64,000 bases of DNA from Myxococcota bacterium (GTDB taxonomy: Bacteria; Myxococcota_A; UBA9160; UBA6930): NCBI GenBank assembly GCA_965223705.1, contig OZ245015.1, positions 2,368,001 through 2,432,000 on the forward strand, written 5' to 3'. Position 1 is the stretch's first letter. Every line of letters begins with the position of its first letter. The position numbers and the translations under genes are program-made. Below the pieces are notes generated by a model. The model worked only from the letters and a program-made list of their open reading frames with translations. It ran no database searches and had not been told where the DNA came from. Positions 27,528 to 37,279 of the stretch are shown one piece after another.

Positions 27528-29422
27528 TCGGGCGCCTCGCGGACGTTCGCTTGCTCGCGCACGATCTGCAGGAGCCCGTCGCCGAAACGCTTCGCCTTGG
27601 TCGGCCCGATTCCGTGGATGAGGCGGAGGGCTTCCGCGCTCTCCGGCCGAAGCCGTGCAATCTCGCGCAAGGTCCGGTCGCTGGCGACGACATACGGCGG
27701 CGTGCCGAGACGCTGCGATACCTCGAGGCGGTGCTGCCGGAGAGCGTTGAACAGCGCCTCGGAGGCCTCGTCGAGTGGAGCCTCGCCTCCGCTTCGAGCC
27801 CGGCGGTCGACCGTCACCGGTGCCGTTTTGGGTAGGGTTCGGATGCCCACCGGAAGCAGCAGGTTCGCCGGCGCTTCACCGCGCATGACGGCGGCACCCT
27901 CTTCCGTGAGCACGACCACGGGACGATCGCCTCCGACAAAGTCGACCCAACCCGCCGTCACGCAACGGCGCAACAACCGCGTCAGCCACAAGTCCGGGTG
28001 CTCTCCGAGGGCGCCAAAGGTCGGCGTCAAGTGCAAGCCCGCGGACTCCAGGCGAGCGTCGGAGGCACCGCGGAGGAGCTTCGCCGCAGCCTGTAAACCG
28101 AAGCGGCCATGAACCCGAGCCACCGCCGAAAGCGCTTTTCTGACGGTGAGCGTCGCCGTCTCTTTGTCGACCTGAGGCTGCTTCACCTGGTCGCGGCAGA
28201 CGTCGCAACGCCCGCACCCCGCGAGTGTCTCCGCCTCGTCACCGAAATAGCGCAAAATGGCGTCGTGCCGGCAGCTTCCGCCCTCGGTCCAGCGCATGAG
28301 TTCGAGAAACAGGTTCCACTTGTGCTGGACCACGTCTTCGCCCGACGCGCGACCGTCGGAATCGCCCTCGATCAGGCGGCGCCGCAGAGGCATATCACCG
28401 GCTGACGTCAGAAGCTGTCCAATCGCGGGGTCGCCGTCGCGCCCGGCCCGACCCACTTCCTGGTAATAAGCTTCGATCGAACTCGGCGGCGCGAGGTGGA
28501 TCACCGCACGGACGTCCGAGCGATCGATCCCCATTCCGAAGGCGTTCGTGGCGACCACGACCTCGGTATCGCCGTTCCGAAAGCTCTCGCTCACGCGCTC
28601 GCGGACGTCCCCCCGAAGCCCCGCGTGATAGACCTCGGTCCGGTAACCGAGACGCCCGAGTCGGCCGGCTTCCATTTCTGTCGACTTTCGCGTCGGCGCG
28701 TAAACGATGGCGCATCCTTTGGCGCCGCCCGGCGCTCCTATGGCTTCGAGGAGCGTCGCGTCGACGGCGTGGCCGCGCTCCTTGGAAGACGCCACCTCGT
28801 TCGCGCGGAGGGCCAGGTTCGGGCGCGCGAAGCCGTGCACCAGCTGAGGGGTGTCCGCGGGGAGTCCCAGACGCGACAAGATTTCGTCCCGGACCACCGG
28901 CGTCGCCGTCGCCGTGCACGCCAGTACCCGGGCGGGGCGCACCTCGTCGAGCACTCGACCGATTTGGAGATAATCGGGCCTAAAATCATGCCCCCACTCA
29001 CTAATACAGTGAGCCTCATCCACCGCGACGAGCGGGCAATCGAGATCGGCAAGGAGGCTTCGAAAGCCGGGAAACGAGAGCCGTTCGGGCGCGACGTACA
29101 GGAGACGGTACGCGCCGCTCGCGATGGTGCGCATGCGCTCCCGCAACACGTCGGGTTCGAGAGTCGCCGCGAGGAAGGTCGCCGGGACGCCCACGTCTTC
29201 GAGACTTCCCACCTGATCGTGCATCAACGAAACCAGGGGTGAGATGACGACGCTCGTGCCGTCGAAGAGCGCCGCGGGAAGCTGGTACACGAGGCTCTTC
29301 CCTCCGCCGGTCGGGGCGACGAGGAGCGCGCGGCCGCCGCGCAGGAGCTCTTCCATCGCCTCTCGCTGGCCCGGTCGGAAATGGGCCAAACCGAAACGCC
29401 GTAAGCCGGATTCGAGGTCCAA
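27524..29422 (-). CDS. recQ: ATP-dependent DNA helicase RecQ
   Basis: PTGGGKS, VDEAHCISEWGHDFRPDY, ATNAFGMGID, QEVGRAGRDG, Zn ligands CR..CGRCDVC, then RQC and HRDC domains. Confidence 0.95.
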   Translation of the reverse strand: MDLESGLRRFGLAHFRPGQREAMEELLRGGRALLVAPTGGGKSLVYQLPAALFDGTSVVISPLVSLMHDQVGSLEDVGVPATFLAATLEPDVLRERMRTIASGAYRLLYVAPERLSFPGFRSLLADLDCPLVAVDEAHCISEWGHDFRPDYLQIGRVLDEVRPARVLACTATATPVVRDEILSRLGLPADTPQLVHGFARPNLALRANEVASSKERGHAVDATLLEAIGAPGGAKGCAIVYAPTRKSTEMEAGRLGRLGYRTEVYHAGLRGDVRERVSESFRNGDTEVVVATNAFGMGIDRSDVRAVIHLAPPSSIEAYYQEVGRAGRDGDPAIGQLLTSAGDMPLRRRLIEGDSDGRASGEDVVQHKWNLFLELMRWTEGGSCRHDAILRYFGDEAETLAGCGRCDVCRDQVKQPQVDKETATLTVRKALSAVARVHGRFGLQAAAKLLRGASDARLESAGLHLTPTFGALGEHPDLWLTRLLRRCVTAGWVDFVGGDRPVVVLTEEGAAVMRGEAPANLLLPVGIRTLPKTAPVTVDRRARSGGEAPLDEASEALFNALRQHRLEVSQRLGTPPYVVASDRTLREIARLRPESAEALRLIHGIGPTKAKRFGDGLLQIVREQANVREAPD

Positions 29423-29458
29423 CTCGTCGATGAGATCGCTCCTCGAGTTCGCGGGGCC

Positions 29459-30610
29459 CTAGAGGCGGTAGATTCGTCGGACGTTGCCTCCGAGCACCGC
29501 GTTGCGGCTCGACTCGGAGAGCGGCGCGACGAAGTTCTCGAGCGCGGGCACCCAGGTACTGGGGTGATCGGGGTGGGGATAATCCGTCGCCCACATGAAG
29601 CAGTGCGCACCGACGTGATCGATCACGTGGGGAGCGGCCGTTTCGTCGGGATCGCCCGAAATGAAGCACTGGCGGCGGAAGATGTCCGAGGGTCGATGGT
29701 TCAAAGCGACGCCTTTGGCGATGATCGTCTCGAAGACCGCGTCCATACGGTCGAGAAAAGAGCCGATCCAACCGCAGCCCGCTTCGAGCACACCGAGGCG
29801 AAGCGCCGGAAAACGCTCCAGCGCGCCCTGCGTGAAGAACGACAGAAGGGCCTGTTGCGAACCCTGGCGCACCATCACGTTGTAGAAATATTCTCGTTGG
29901 CGGCCCAAGGCACTCGCCGCGAAGCGTACGGGCGCGGCCCAATCCGGCTCGAAAGTCGGGTGAATGGCGATCGGGACGTCGAGTTCGCAGGCCTTCGCGT
30001 ACAACGCATCATGGTCGGGATGACCGTGAGGCTTTTTCGTGTGGGTGAACGGCGCGAGAAAGCCCCCCCGACAGCCCTCTCCCACCGCGCGTTCGAGCTC
30101 CTTCGCGGCGCCTTCGGGGTCGAGAAGTGACACGTGGGCGATCGGCACGAGGCGACCGCCCGAACCGCGACAGAAATCGGCGATCCACCGGTTGTACGCG
30201 CGTTGGTAGGCGAGCGTGAGCTCCGGGTCCTCGACTTCGCATTCCCACAGGAGCCCCAAGGTCGGGTAGAGCACCGTCTGCTCGAGGTTCTCACGGTCGA
30301 GGAGTTCGATCCGCTCGCCCGGGTTCCCGCCGCCGAAGGGGATGTGATCCATGTAGCGGCGGTCCGGGCTGCGCTTCGGCTGATCCTCCCCCATCGCACC
30401 GAGCAGACCCGGAAATCCTTTCGTCGTACGCTGCGAAGGGCGTCCGTCGAGCTCGAGATACTCGAGACCTTCTTCATCCGTGCGAATACGCATCGCCCGC
30501 GGGCGGTACTTCTCCTCGAGGTACTCTTCCCAGAGAGTCTCCGGTTCAAGCACGTGACCGTCGGCATCTACCGTGCCGTCGTAGGGGAAGCGAACGATTT
30601 CGTAGGGCAT
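29459..30610 (-). CDS. Amidohydrolase family 2 protein
   Basis: DADGH, AYNRWIADFC, IAIHP and WATDYPHPD motifs. Confidence 0.9.
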   Translation of the reverse strand: MPYEIVRFPYDGTVDADGHVLEPETLWEEYLEEKYRPRAMRIRTDEEGLEYLELDGRPSQRTTKGFPGLLGAMGEDQPKRSPDRRYMDHIPFGGGNPGERIELLDRENLEQTVLYPTLGLLWECEVEDPELTLAYQRAYNRWIADFCRGSGGRLVPIAHVSLLDPEGAAKELERAVGEGCRGGFLAPFTHTKKPHGHPDHDALYAKACELDVPIAIHPTFEPDWAAPVRFAASALGRQREYFYNVMVRQGSQQALLSFFTQGALERFPALRLGVLEAGCGWIGSFLDRMDAVFETIIAKGVALNHRPSDIFRRQCFISGDPDETAAPHVIDHVGAHCFMWATDYPHPDHPSTWVPALENFVAPLSESSRNAVLGGNVRRIYRL

Positions 30611-30654
30611 GGTCTCCTCTATTCTACCCCGAATCCTATGGCCCGGAGGCGCTC

Positions 30655-31485
30655 ATGCCCGACGATCGCGAACTGACCGTCCACTACAGCCCTGGTGATC
30701 TGCTGAAAAACATCGAAGCCGGCGTCCGCGCGATGGGGCGCACGCCAAAGACGATTACGATCGACGAGCTCGCCTCCGTCGACGAGTTCCACATCGGCGG
30801 ACGCGAAGCCTCCGAGGCTTTTCTTTCGCAGCTCGCACTCTCGGAGCGCGATCGCGTTCTCGACGTCGGGTCGGGGCTCGGCGGCGGCGCGCGTTGGGTG
30901 GCGCAACGCTACGGCGCACGCGTGACGGGGATCGACTTGACACCGGAATTCGTCGAGGTCGGTCGGGCTTTGTGCGAATGGGTCGGGCTCGAGGAGCAAG
31001 TCGAGCTTCACGCCGGTAGCGCGCTCGCCATGCCCTTCTCCGACGACCAGTTCGACGCCGCATACATCATGCATGTCGGTATGAACATCGCCGAGAAGCC
31101 GGCCCTCATGCGAGAGCTCGGTCGTGTCCTCCGCCGATCGAGCCGAATCGGCATCTACGACGTCATGCGGACGGGTCCGGGTGAACTCGCGTTCCCGGTC
31201 CCGTGGGCGACGAGGCCGGAAGATAGCGCCGTGGATTCGCCTGACGCTTACCGTGCGGCGCTAGAGGCGGCGGGCTTTACCGTCACGGCGGAGCGCGACC
31301 GGAGGGACTTCGCCATCGCGTTCTTCGACGCGATGCGGGAGCGCGCCGCAAGCGCGGACGGGCCACCTCCCCTGGGTCTTCATCTGCTGCTCGGTGAGAC
31401 GCGAGCGCAGAAAATGGAGAACGTCGTCGCGAACATTCGAGCCGGACGCCTCGCCCCGGTCGAAATCATCGCGGAGCGTGGGTGA
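30655..31485 (+). CDS. Class I SAM-dependent methyltransferase
   Basis: VDEFHIGG, VLDVGSGLGG and HVGMNI motifs. Confidence 0.9.
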   Translation: MPDDRELTVHYSPGDLLKNIEAGVRAMGRTPKTITIDELASVDEFHIGGREASEAFLSQLALSERDRVLDVGSGLGGGARWVAQRYGARVTGIDLTPEFVEVGRALCEWVGLEEQVELHAGSALAMPFSDDQFDAAYIMHVGMNIAEKPALMRELGRVLRRSSRIGIYDVMRTGPGELAFPVPWATRPEDSAVDSPDAYRAALEAAGFTVTAERDRRDFAIAFFDAMRERAASADGPPPLGLHLLLGETRAQKMENVVANIRAGRLAPVEIIAERG

Positions 31486-31501
31486 CGCAGCCCTCGCAAG
31501 C

Positions 31502-33091
31502 TCAGCTAAACCGGAAGCCCTCGTAGTCGTTTTCGACGACGGAATTGCACTTCTCGACGTACGTCGGGTAGCCGAGATAGGGCATGAACACCCGAGGCTT
31601 GCCGGGGACGTTCGCTCCGAGGTACCAGGAGTTGCAACCGAGGAGCAAGGTGCTTGCCGCGACCTCGTTCACATGGTCGACCCAGGCGTCCTCGGCTTCG
31701 AGCGTGGCTTCGACTCTCGAGAGTTTACGCTCGCGCATGTACTGCACGCAGTCCGCGATGAATTCCACGTGTTGCTCGATCGACGCGATCATGTTCGTCA
31801 GGACCGAGGGGCTCCCCGGGCCGCTGATGACAAACAGGTTCGGAAACCCGGCCGTCGTCAGGCCGAGGAAGGTCCGCGGGCCCGCCGACCACTTTTCGCG
31901 GAGTGGCACACCGCCGTTCCCGCGGATGTCGATGCGGTCGAGTGAGCCCGTCATGGCGTCGAAGCCCGTCGCGGAGATGATCGCGTCGACTTCCCAAGAC
32001 CGGTCACCCACACGCAGGCCGCTCGGCAAGATTTCGTCGATCGGTGTCTTGCTGATGTCGACGAGTGTGACGTTGTCCCGGTTGAACGTTTCGTAGTAGC
32101 CCGTGTCGGCGCAGACCCGCTTGCAGCCAAACACGGTGTCGGGGCACAAGAGCTCCGCGACTTCCGGGTCGTCGACCTTTTCGCGGATCTTGTCGCGGAC
32201 GAACTCCGAGACGATGTCGTTCGCTTCCTGGTTGATCAGCATGTCCGAGAACGTTCCGTAGAAATAGAGCCCCCCGATTTGCCAGCGGCGCTCGCACTCG
32301 GCGCGGATCTCCTCCTCGGTCATCTCGGCGGCCGTCTTCTCGTTCATGAGAACGTCCCAGGCGATCAACTGGTCGCGCTTCTCGACGCGATATTCCGGGT
32401 ATCGGGCCTTGATGTCAGAGACGTATTTCTCTCCGAGGTACTCGTTCTGTGCTGGGACGGAATAGTTGGGCGTCCGCTGGAAGACGTAGAGGTGCTCGGC
32501 CTGTTCCGCGATGATGGGAATCGCCTGAATCGCCGAGGATCCCGTTCCGATGATGGCCGCCCGCTTCCCCGTGAAATCGACGCCTTCATGGGGCCAACGT
32601 CCTGTGTGGTACCAGTCGCCTTCGAAGGACTCGCGTCCCGGGAACTTCGGATCGTTCGCGGTCGAGAGACAGCCCGTCGCCATGATGCAGTACTCGGCGA
32701 CGAAGGTTTCCCCCGCCTCGCTGGTCACCGTCCAAGCATTGTTCGCTTCATCGAAGTGGGCGGATGCGACGCGGGTGTTGAACTGGATATGCGGGCCGAG
32801 ATTGAAGCGCTCTACCACGTGCTTCGCGTAGTCCATGATGTCGGCCTGGGGCGAGTAGCGCTCCTTCCAGTCCCACTCCTTCTGGAGATCGTCGGAAAAC
32901 GCGTAGGAGTACTCCATGCTCGGGACGTCACAACGGGCGCCGGGGTAGCGGTTCCAATACCAGGTCCCGCCGACGCCGCCCCCGGCTTCGAGGATCCGAG
33001 CGCTGAAGCCCTCGCTCCGCAGCTTGTGCAGCATGTACAAGCCCGCGAAGCCAGCTCCCACGATCACCGCGTCCAACGATTTCTTCGACAA
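31502..33091 (-). CDS. Type I Baeyer-Villiger monooxygenase (phenylacetone/cyclohexanone monooxygenase-like)
   Basis: GAGFAG, GGTWYWNRYPGARCD, FEGDWYHTGRWP, GTGSS and SWYLGANVPGKPR. Confidence 0.94.
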   Translation of the reverse strand: MSKKSLDAVIVGAGFAGLYMLHKLRSEGFSARILEAGGGVGGTWYWNRYPGARCDVPSMEYSYAFSDDLQKEWDWKERYSPQADIMDYAKHVVERFNLGPHIQFNTRVASAHFDEANNAWTVTSEAGETFVAEYCIMATGCLSTANDPKFPGRESFEGDWYHTGRWPHEGVDFTGKRAAIIGTGSSAIQAIPIIAEQAEHLYVFQRTPNYSVPAQNEYLGEKYVSDIKARYPEYRVEKRDQLIAWDVLMNEKTAAEMTEEEIRAECERRWQIGGLYFYGTFSDMLINQEANDIVSEFVRDKIREKVDDPEVAELLCPDTVFGCKRVCADTGYYETFNRDNVTLVDISKTPIDEILPSGLRVGDRSWEVDAIISATGFDAMTGSLDRIDIRGNGGVPLREKWSAGPRTFLGLTTAGFPNLFVISGPGSPSVLTNMIASIEQHVEFIADCVQYMRERKLSRVEATLEAEDAWVDHVNEVAASTLLLGCNSWYLGANVPGKPRVFMPYLGYPTYVEKCNSVVENDYEGFRFS

Positions 33092-33230
33092 ATCCCGTCC
33101 TCCTGGTAGGCGGTGGAAGTATTGCCCGGTTGAACGGATTCTTCCGCCCTCGAGTGAAGCGTTTCCCCGTGGGGTCTCCCGGTTCGGTCCAGTCTGGGCA
33201 TAATGCTGTCCGAAAAACGAGGAGATCCGT

Positions 33231-34172
33231 GTGACTGGAGTGGAGTTCGGGATTTCGCTGAGACGCTACGACGATATCGCGTCCGAGGCGCGGGAAGCCG
33301 AGGCGCAGGGCTACGCGTTCCTGACGTCTGGCGAGCACGTCTTTTTCTACACGCCGACCACGAACGGCCTCGTCGCCCTGGCTGTCGCCGCCGGCGCCAC
33401 AGAGCGCATCAAGCTCATGACGAGCATCACGCTCATCCCCCTCTACCCGGCCGCGTTGCTGGCAAAGCAAGTCGCGAGCCTCGATTTCGCGTCGGGCGGG
33501 CGCTTTGCGTTGGGCGTCGGCGTCGGAGGCGAATTCGCGAAGGAGTTCGAGGCGTGCGGGGTCCCGCGGGAGGAACGCGGCGCGCGAACCGACGAAGCGC
33601 TCGATCTGATGCGGCGGCTCTGGACCGAAGACGACGTGACGTTCAAGGGACGTTTCACCACGACGAACGGGGTGACGCTGCAGCCGAAACCGGCGCAGAA
33701 GCCCCATCCGCCGATCTGGGTCTCCGGCCGAAGCGATGCGGCGATGCGCCGGACCGCGCAGTACGGGACCGGCTGGCTCCCCTACATGTATACCCCGGAG
33801 ATGCTGACCGAGAGCCTCGCGAAGATCGGTGCCTACGACTACCCCCGAGAATCGCCGGTCGCTCCGGGTCTCTTCATCTTCTTCGCGGTGCACGAAGACC
33901 GCGATCGAGCCCGAAAGATGGCCATCGACCGGCTCTCGTTGCAGTACAACCAAGATTTCTCGAGGCTGGTCGACCGGTACGCGCTCGCGGGGAACCCGGA
34001 TGACTGCAAGGCGCGATTGCGCGAGTACGTCGACGCGGGGGCCGAGACGGTCATTCTCGCTTCGGTCTGCCCCAACGACTACATGCAGGAGAACCAGCGC
34101 GTTCTCGCCGAGCAGGTTCTCCCCGCGTTCCGGGACGCCGTCGACGTATCCGATCCACGGGAACTTCGCTAG
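33231..34172 (+). CDS. LLM class flavin-dependent oxidoreductase
   Basis: GEHV, LAKQVASLD..SGGR..LGVGVG and PKPAQKPHPPIWV motifs. Confidence 0.9.
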   Translation: MTGVEFGISLRRYDDIASEAREAEAQGYAFLTSGEHVFFYTPTTNGLVALAVAAGATERIKLMTSITLIPLYPAALLAKQVASLDFASGGRFALGVGVGGEFAKEFEACGVPREERGARTDEALDLMRRLWTEDDVTFKGRFTTTNGVTLQPKPAQKPHPPIWVSGRSDAAMRRTAQYGTGWLPYMYTPEMLTESLAKIGAYDYPRESPVAPGLFIFFAVHEDRDRARKMAIDRLSLQYNQDFSRLVDRYALAGNPDDCKARLREYVDAGAETVILASVCPNDYMQENQRVLAEQVLPAFRDAVDVSDPRELR

Positions 34173-34370
34173 CCTAGAGGCGAGAGGTGATTGGCGATCG
34201 GCCTCGATGCCGCCTCGCGGCGCACTCGTTCCTATCGACTGTCCTTCCGAATGTTTCGGCGGCGATGCCGTCGAACCTCACGTGAGCATTCGTTTCCGGA
34301 TGTACTTGGATCGGATGTGCGCATTGGCCGGCGAGAAACCCGAAGGGACAGCCGGCATGGATCATGAGCT

Positions 34371-34649
34371 TTGAGCAAGAAACTGTATGTAGGCAATATC
34401 CCCTTTACGACGACCGAAGATGAGCTGCGCGACGTCTTCGCACAGCACGGTACCGTCGACAGCGTCGCCGTCATCACCGATCGCGAGACGGGCCGTCCTC
34501 GCGGCTTCGCCTTCGTCGAGATGGCGGACGATGACGCTGCGGGAAGCGCGATGCGATCGCTCGACGGCAGCGACCTCGGCGGTCGGAGTCTGCGTGTAAA
34601 CGAGGCCCAAGAACGTCGAGGCGGTGGCGGTGGTCGCGGCCGCTACTAG
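34371..34649 (+). CDS. RNA-binding protein, single RRM with Gly/Arg tail
   Basis: RNP2 LYVGNI, RNP1 RGFAFVEM, RGGGGGRGRY tail; TTG start. Confidence 0.95.
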   Translation: MSKKLYVGNIPFTTTEDELRDVFAQHGTVDSVAVITDRETGRPRGFAFVEMADDDAAGSAMRSLDGSDLGGRSLRVNEAQERRGGGGGRGRY

Positions 34650-34658
34650 TTGAGTTTC

Positions 34659-34703
34659 GAGGTGGCGTCGGAGCCCCCCGGCGCCGCCTCCGAGTCCCTT
34701 TTT
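34659..34703 (+). terminator. Strong hairpin after the RRM gene (weak terminator or mRNA-stabilising stem)
   Basis: GAGGTGGCGTCGG-AGCCCC-CCGGCGCCGCCTC 13-bp stem; T5 tract 8 nt downstream. Confidence 0.5.
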
Positions 34704-34750
34704 CGTCCCCTTGAATCCCGTCCCCCTCAATCCCTATTTGGAGGTCGCCG

Positions 34751-34948
34751 GTGGCAGGTAGAAGCAAAGCGACGTTCGCGAAGCGTCAGCGTGAGAAGAA
34801 GAAGGCCGAGCGCGCGAGCGAAAAGCGCGAGAAGCGCGCCGAGCGGGACGGCCCGCGCGAGAGCTACAGCGTCGCGGACGCCGACGACCTCGCCGCCTTC
34901 GGGATCGAGGTCGAGGGCGAAGCCGAGGGCGACCCAGCCGCGGACTAG
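34751..34948 (+). CDS. Small protein with basic N-half and acidic C-half
   Basis: GGAGGT SD, GTG start; MAGRSKATFAKRQREKKKAER... fills the intergenic gap. Confidence 0.78.
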   Translation: MAGRSKATFAKRQREKKKAERASEKREKRAERDGPRESYSVADADDLAAFGIEVEGEAEGDPAAD

Positions 34949-34973
34949 TCAACGCCGTTCACGGCCTGGCGCG

Positions 34974-35627
34974 CTAGGAGGCAACCTCCGGCAGGAATTT
35001 CGCGAGCGCGCGCTGCATCGGATCGTCGACTTCGCGAACACTCGGGCGGTCGGCGAGCTGTTTCAGATAATCCGCCAATCGGGGAAGCTCCTCGGTGATG
35101 TCCCACTGATACACCCGTGTCGTGTGAAGATTCACGAACTGCAGATGGAAATAGGCCGCAATGTCGGCAAAGGTGAAGCTTTCTCCCGCGATGTAGGGCG
35201 AAAAGCGTGCCAGCTGTTCGAGACTCTTCAATCCGAGCTCGAGCGCCGGCCGCACTTCTTTTTCGGCGACGGGGTCCACCGGTCGCCCGAAGTAGACCGC
35301 GGGAAGGAGCCGGCGCGCCGGGGCATCGAGATAGAGTTCGATCGAACGAATCAGCTCCTTCGTCTTCGCTCGTTCCCAGGGATCGCTCGGGTAGAGAGGC
35401 GGCTCGGGCCTGAGATCCTCCAAGTAGTCGAAGATCGCGTGGACCTCGGATAACCAGAGACCGTCGCGCTCGATAAAGGGGACCTTCCCCATCGGGCTCC
35501 CGCGAAGAACGGCGGGATCGCGACTCGGCATCACGGAAACTTCCTCGAACGGCACGCCCTTTTCGACGAGCGCGAGCTTCGCGCAGTTGTGGAAATTGCT
35601 GATGAGGGTTCCGTGGAGCTTGATCAT
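34974..35627 (-). CDS. Glutathione S-transferase family protein
   Basis: SNFH..KLALVEKG, SPMGKVP, LSE..AIFDYLE and FTFADI motifs. Confidence 0.92.
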   Translation of the reverse strand: MIKLHGTLISNFHNCAKLALVEKGVPFEEVSVMPSRDPAVLRGSPMGKVPFIERDGLWLSEVHAIFDYLEDLRPEPPLYPSDPWERAKTKELIRSIELYLDAPARRLLPAVYFGRPVDPVAEKEVRPALELGLKSLEQLARFSPYIAGESFTFADIAAYFHLQFVNLHTTRVYQWDITEELPRLADYLKQLADRPSVREVDDPMQRALAKFLPEVAS

Positions 35628-35636
35628 CGCTCCACG

Positions 35637-36437
35637 TTATCCGGTCCGGACGCCCGGCGCCGGGGGATCGGAGGCCGCTCCGGCGAAGCACTGAGCGATC
35701 GCCATCCACCTCGCAGCAATCGGCCCGGTCACTTCGAGGCCGGTGTCCACGACGTTTCGGCCCTGGGTGACCACGTGACAAAAGTCGACCGCCGAGCCTT
35801 CGACGCGCTCATCACCGCGTTCCGGATTGTAGGACCACACCGCGCCCGACGGGGCGGTGAGCACGACGTGAGGGATCTCGTCGGGGACCGGCAAGCCGCG
35901 ATTGACGAAAGTCCAACCGAACGTCTTGACGCCGATCACGACGATGTTTTCGATGCGATCGTGCGCGTCGCGCGGGCGCTCGAGGAGATCGTAGATGTCT
36001 TGCCCGTGTGCCCAGGTTTCCATCTGGCGCGCGGTGGTGAACATCCGCGCACCCATGGAAGGCCCGTACCACGGAATGCGCGCCTTCGGCTCGACGGTGT
36101 CGATCTGCGCGCAGAGCTCCTGACCGACTTCGCGCCAGCGCGCCTCGAGCGTTCTAGGCGCGAAATCGGCGAGCTGTTGCCGCGTGTAGTCGATCAGCGA
36201 CGCGCCTTGGGAGGCGGCTTTCCGCATGGCTTCGGTTGCCGCCGCGAAGGCGTTGGGATCACTGAGTGCGAGCGACGCTTGCCGGTCCGTCCAGTGAAGG
36301 TGCGCGACGACGTCCCACACCGTCCAGCGTTTGAACGGTGTCTCCCGCCGCCAATCTTCGACGGAGAGCGTCTGTAGCAAGTCAGCGAGCTCGTCGATTT
36401 CATCGCGAAAGGCTTGTATTTCGGGACGCACGGCCAA
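35637..36437 (-). CDS. TIGR03084-like metal-binding protein (MDMPI/DinB superfamily)
   Basis: WTVWDVVAHL, ARQMETWAHGQD and IAQCFAG motifs. Confidence 0.88.
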   Translation of the reverse strand: MAVRPEIQAFRDEIDELADLLQTLSVEDWRRETPFKRWTVWDVVAHLHWTDRQASLALSDPNAFAAATEAMRKAASQGASLIDYTRQQLADFAPRTLEARWREVGQELCAQIDTVEPKARIPWYGPSMGARMFTTARQMETWAHGQDIYDLLERPRDAHDRIENIVVIGVKTFGWTFVNRGLPVPDEIPHVVLTAPSGAVWSYNPERGDERVEGSAVDFCHVVTQGRNVVDTGLEVTGPIAARWMAIAQCFAGAASDPPAPGVRTG

Positions 36438-36440
36438 AAC

Positions 36441-37271
36441 CTACCTGGGAACCTGTTCCTGGATCTCACGGAGCTTGTCGAGATGCGCCTTGGGCTCGAG
36501 TCCGCCGCCGAGTGTCCGCAAACAGAGGTGTGTCAGACCCATGTCGCGCCAGCCGCGCACGCGATCCCGCCACTCCGCTTCGCGCGGGCCCACGACGGCG
36601 ACGCCCGCCTCGGTGCCGATGGCGTCGGCCGGTCGACCGACCTGGGCCGCACGCTCCTCGATGTCGGCCCGGATCGCGGGAAATTCCTCGGGTGACGCGA
36701 GCACGAACCAACCGTCCGCGCGGCAGGCGATCCGTTCTCGTACTGGCTGGCTCGGCGCCGCTTTCGCCCCAATCCAGACCGGTATCGGGCGCTGGATGGG
36801 CAGCGGGTCGAGGCCGGCGTCGTCGATCTGATCGAAGCGCCCCTTGAAGGAGACTGTCTCCTCCGTCCAGAGGCGATGTAGCAACGCGAGCTGCTCGTCA
36901 CACCGCGCCCCCCGCGTCCGGAAATCGACGCCTAGCGCGCCGTACTCATCTTGACTGGCGCCGACACCCACGCCCATGCGCACGCGACCCCCGGAGAGCC
37001 GGTCGAGCTCCGCCATCTGCTTGGCGATCAGAGCGGTCGGGCGCAGCGGGAGAATGATCACCGAAGGCACGAGCTCGATCCGCTGGGTCACCGCGGCGAT
37101 GTAAGAGAGCAGGAGCAACGGCTCGTGGAGATGGCCGCTCTCGGGGCGGAGAATCTGGTCGGGTACACGCAGATGCGTGTACCCGAGCTCTTCCGCGAGC
37201 ACGGCAAACTCCCGGATTGCGCCGAGGTCGTCCCGCATCTCGCGCACCGGGAGGGAGACGCCGATTTTCAT
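36441..37271 (-). CDS. LLM class (probably F420-dependent) oxidoreductase
   Basis: HEPLLLLSYIAAVT, AKQMAELD.LSGGR and PIQRPIPVWIG motifs. Confidence 0.88.
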   Translation of the reverse strand: MKIGVSLPVREMRDDLGAIREFAVLAEELGYTHLRVPDQILRPESGHLHEPLLLLSYIAAVTQRIELVPSVIILPLRPTALIAKQMAELDRLSGGRVRMGVGVGASQDEYGALGVDFRTRGARCDEQLALLHRLWTEETVSFKGRFDQIDDAGLDPLPIQRPIPVWIGAKAAPSQPVRERIACRADGWFVLASPEEFPAIRADIEERAAQVGRPADAIGTEAGVAVVGPREAEWRDRVRGWRDMGLTHLCLRTLGGGLEPKAHLDKLREIQEQVPR

Positions 37272-37279
37272 CGGACGCG

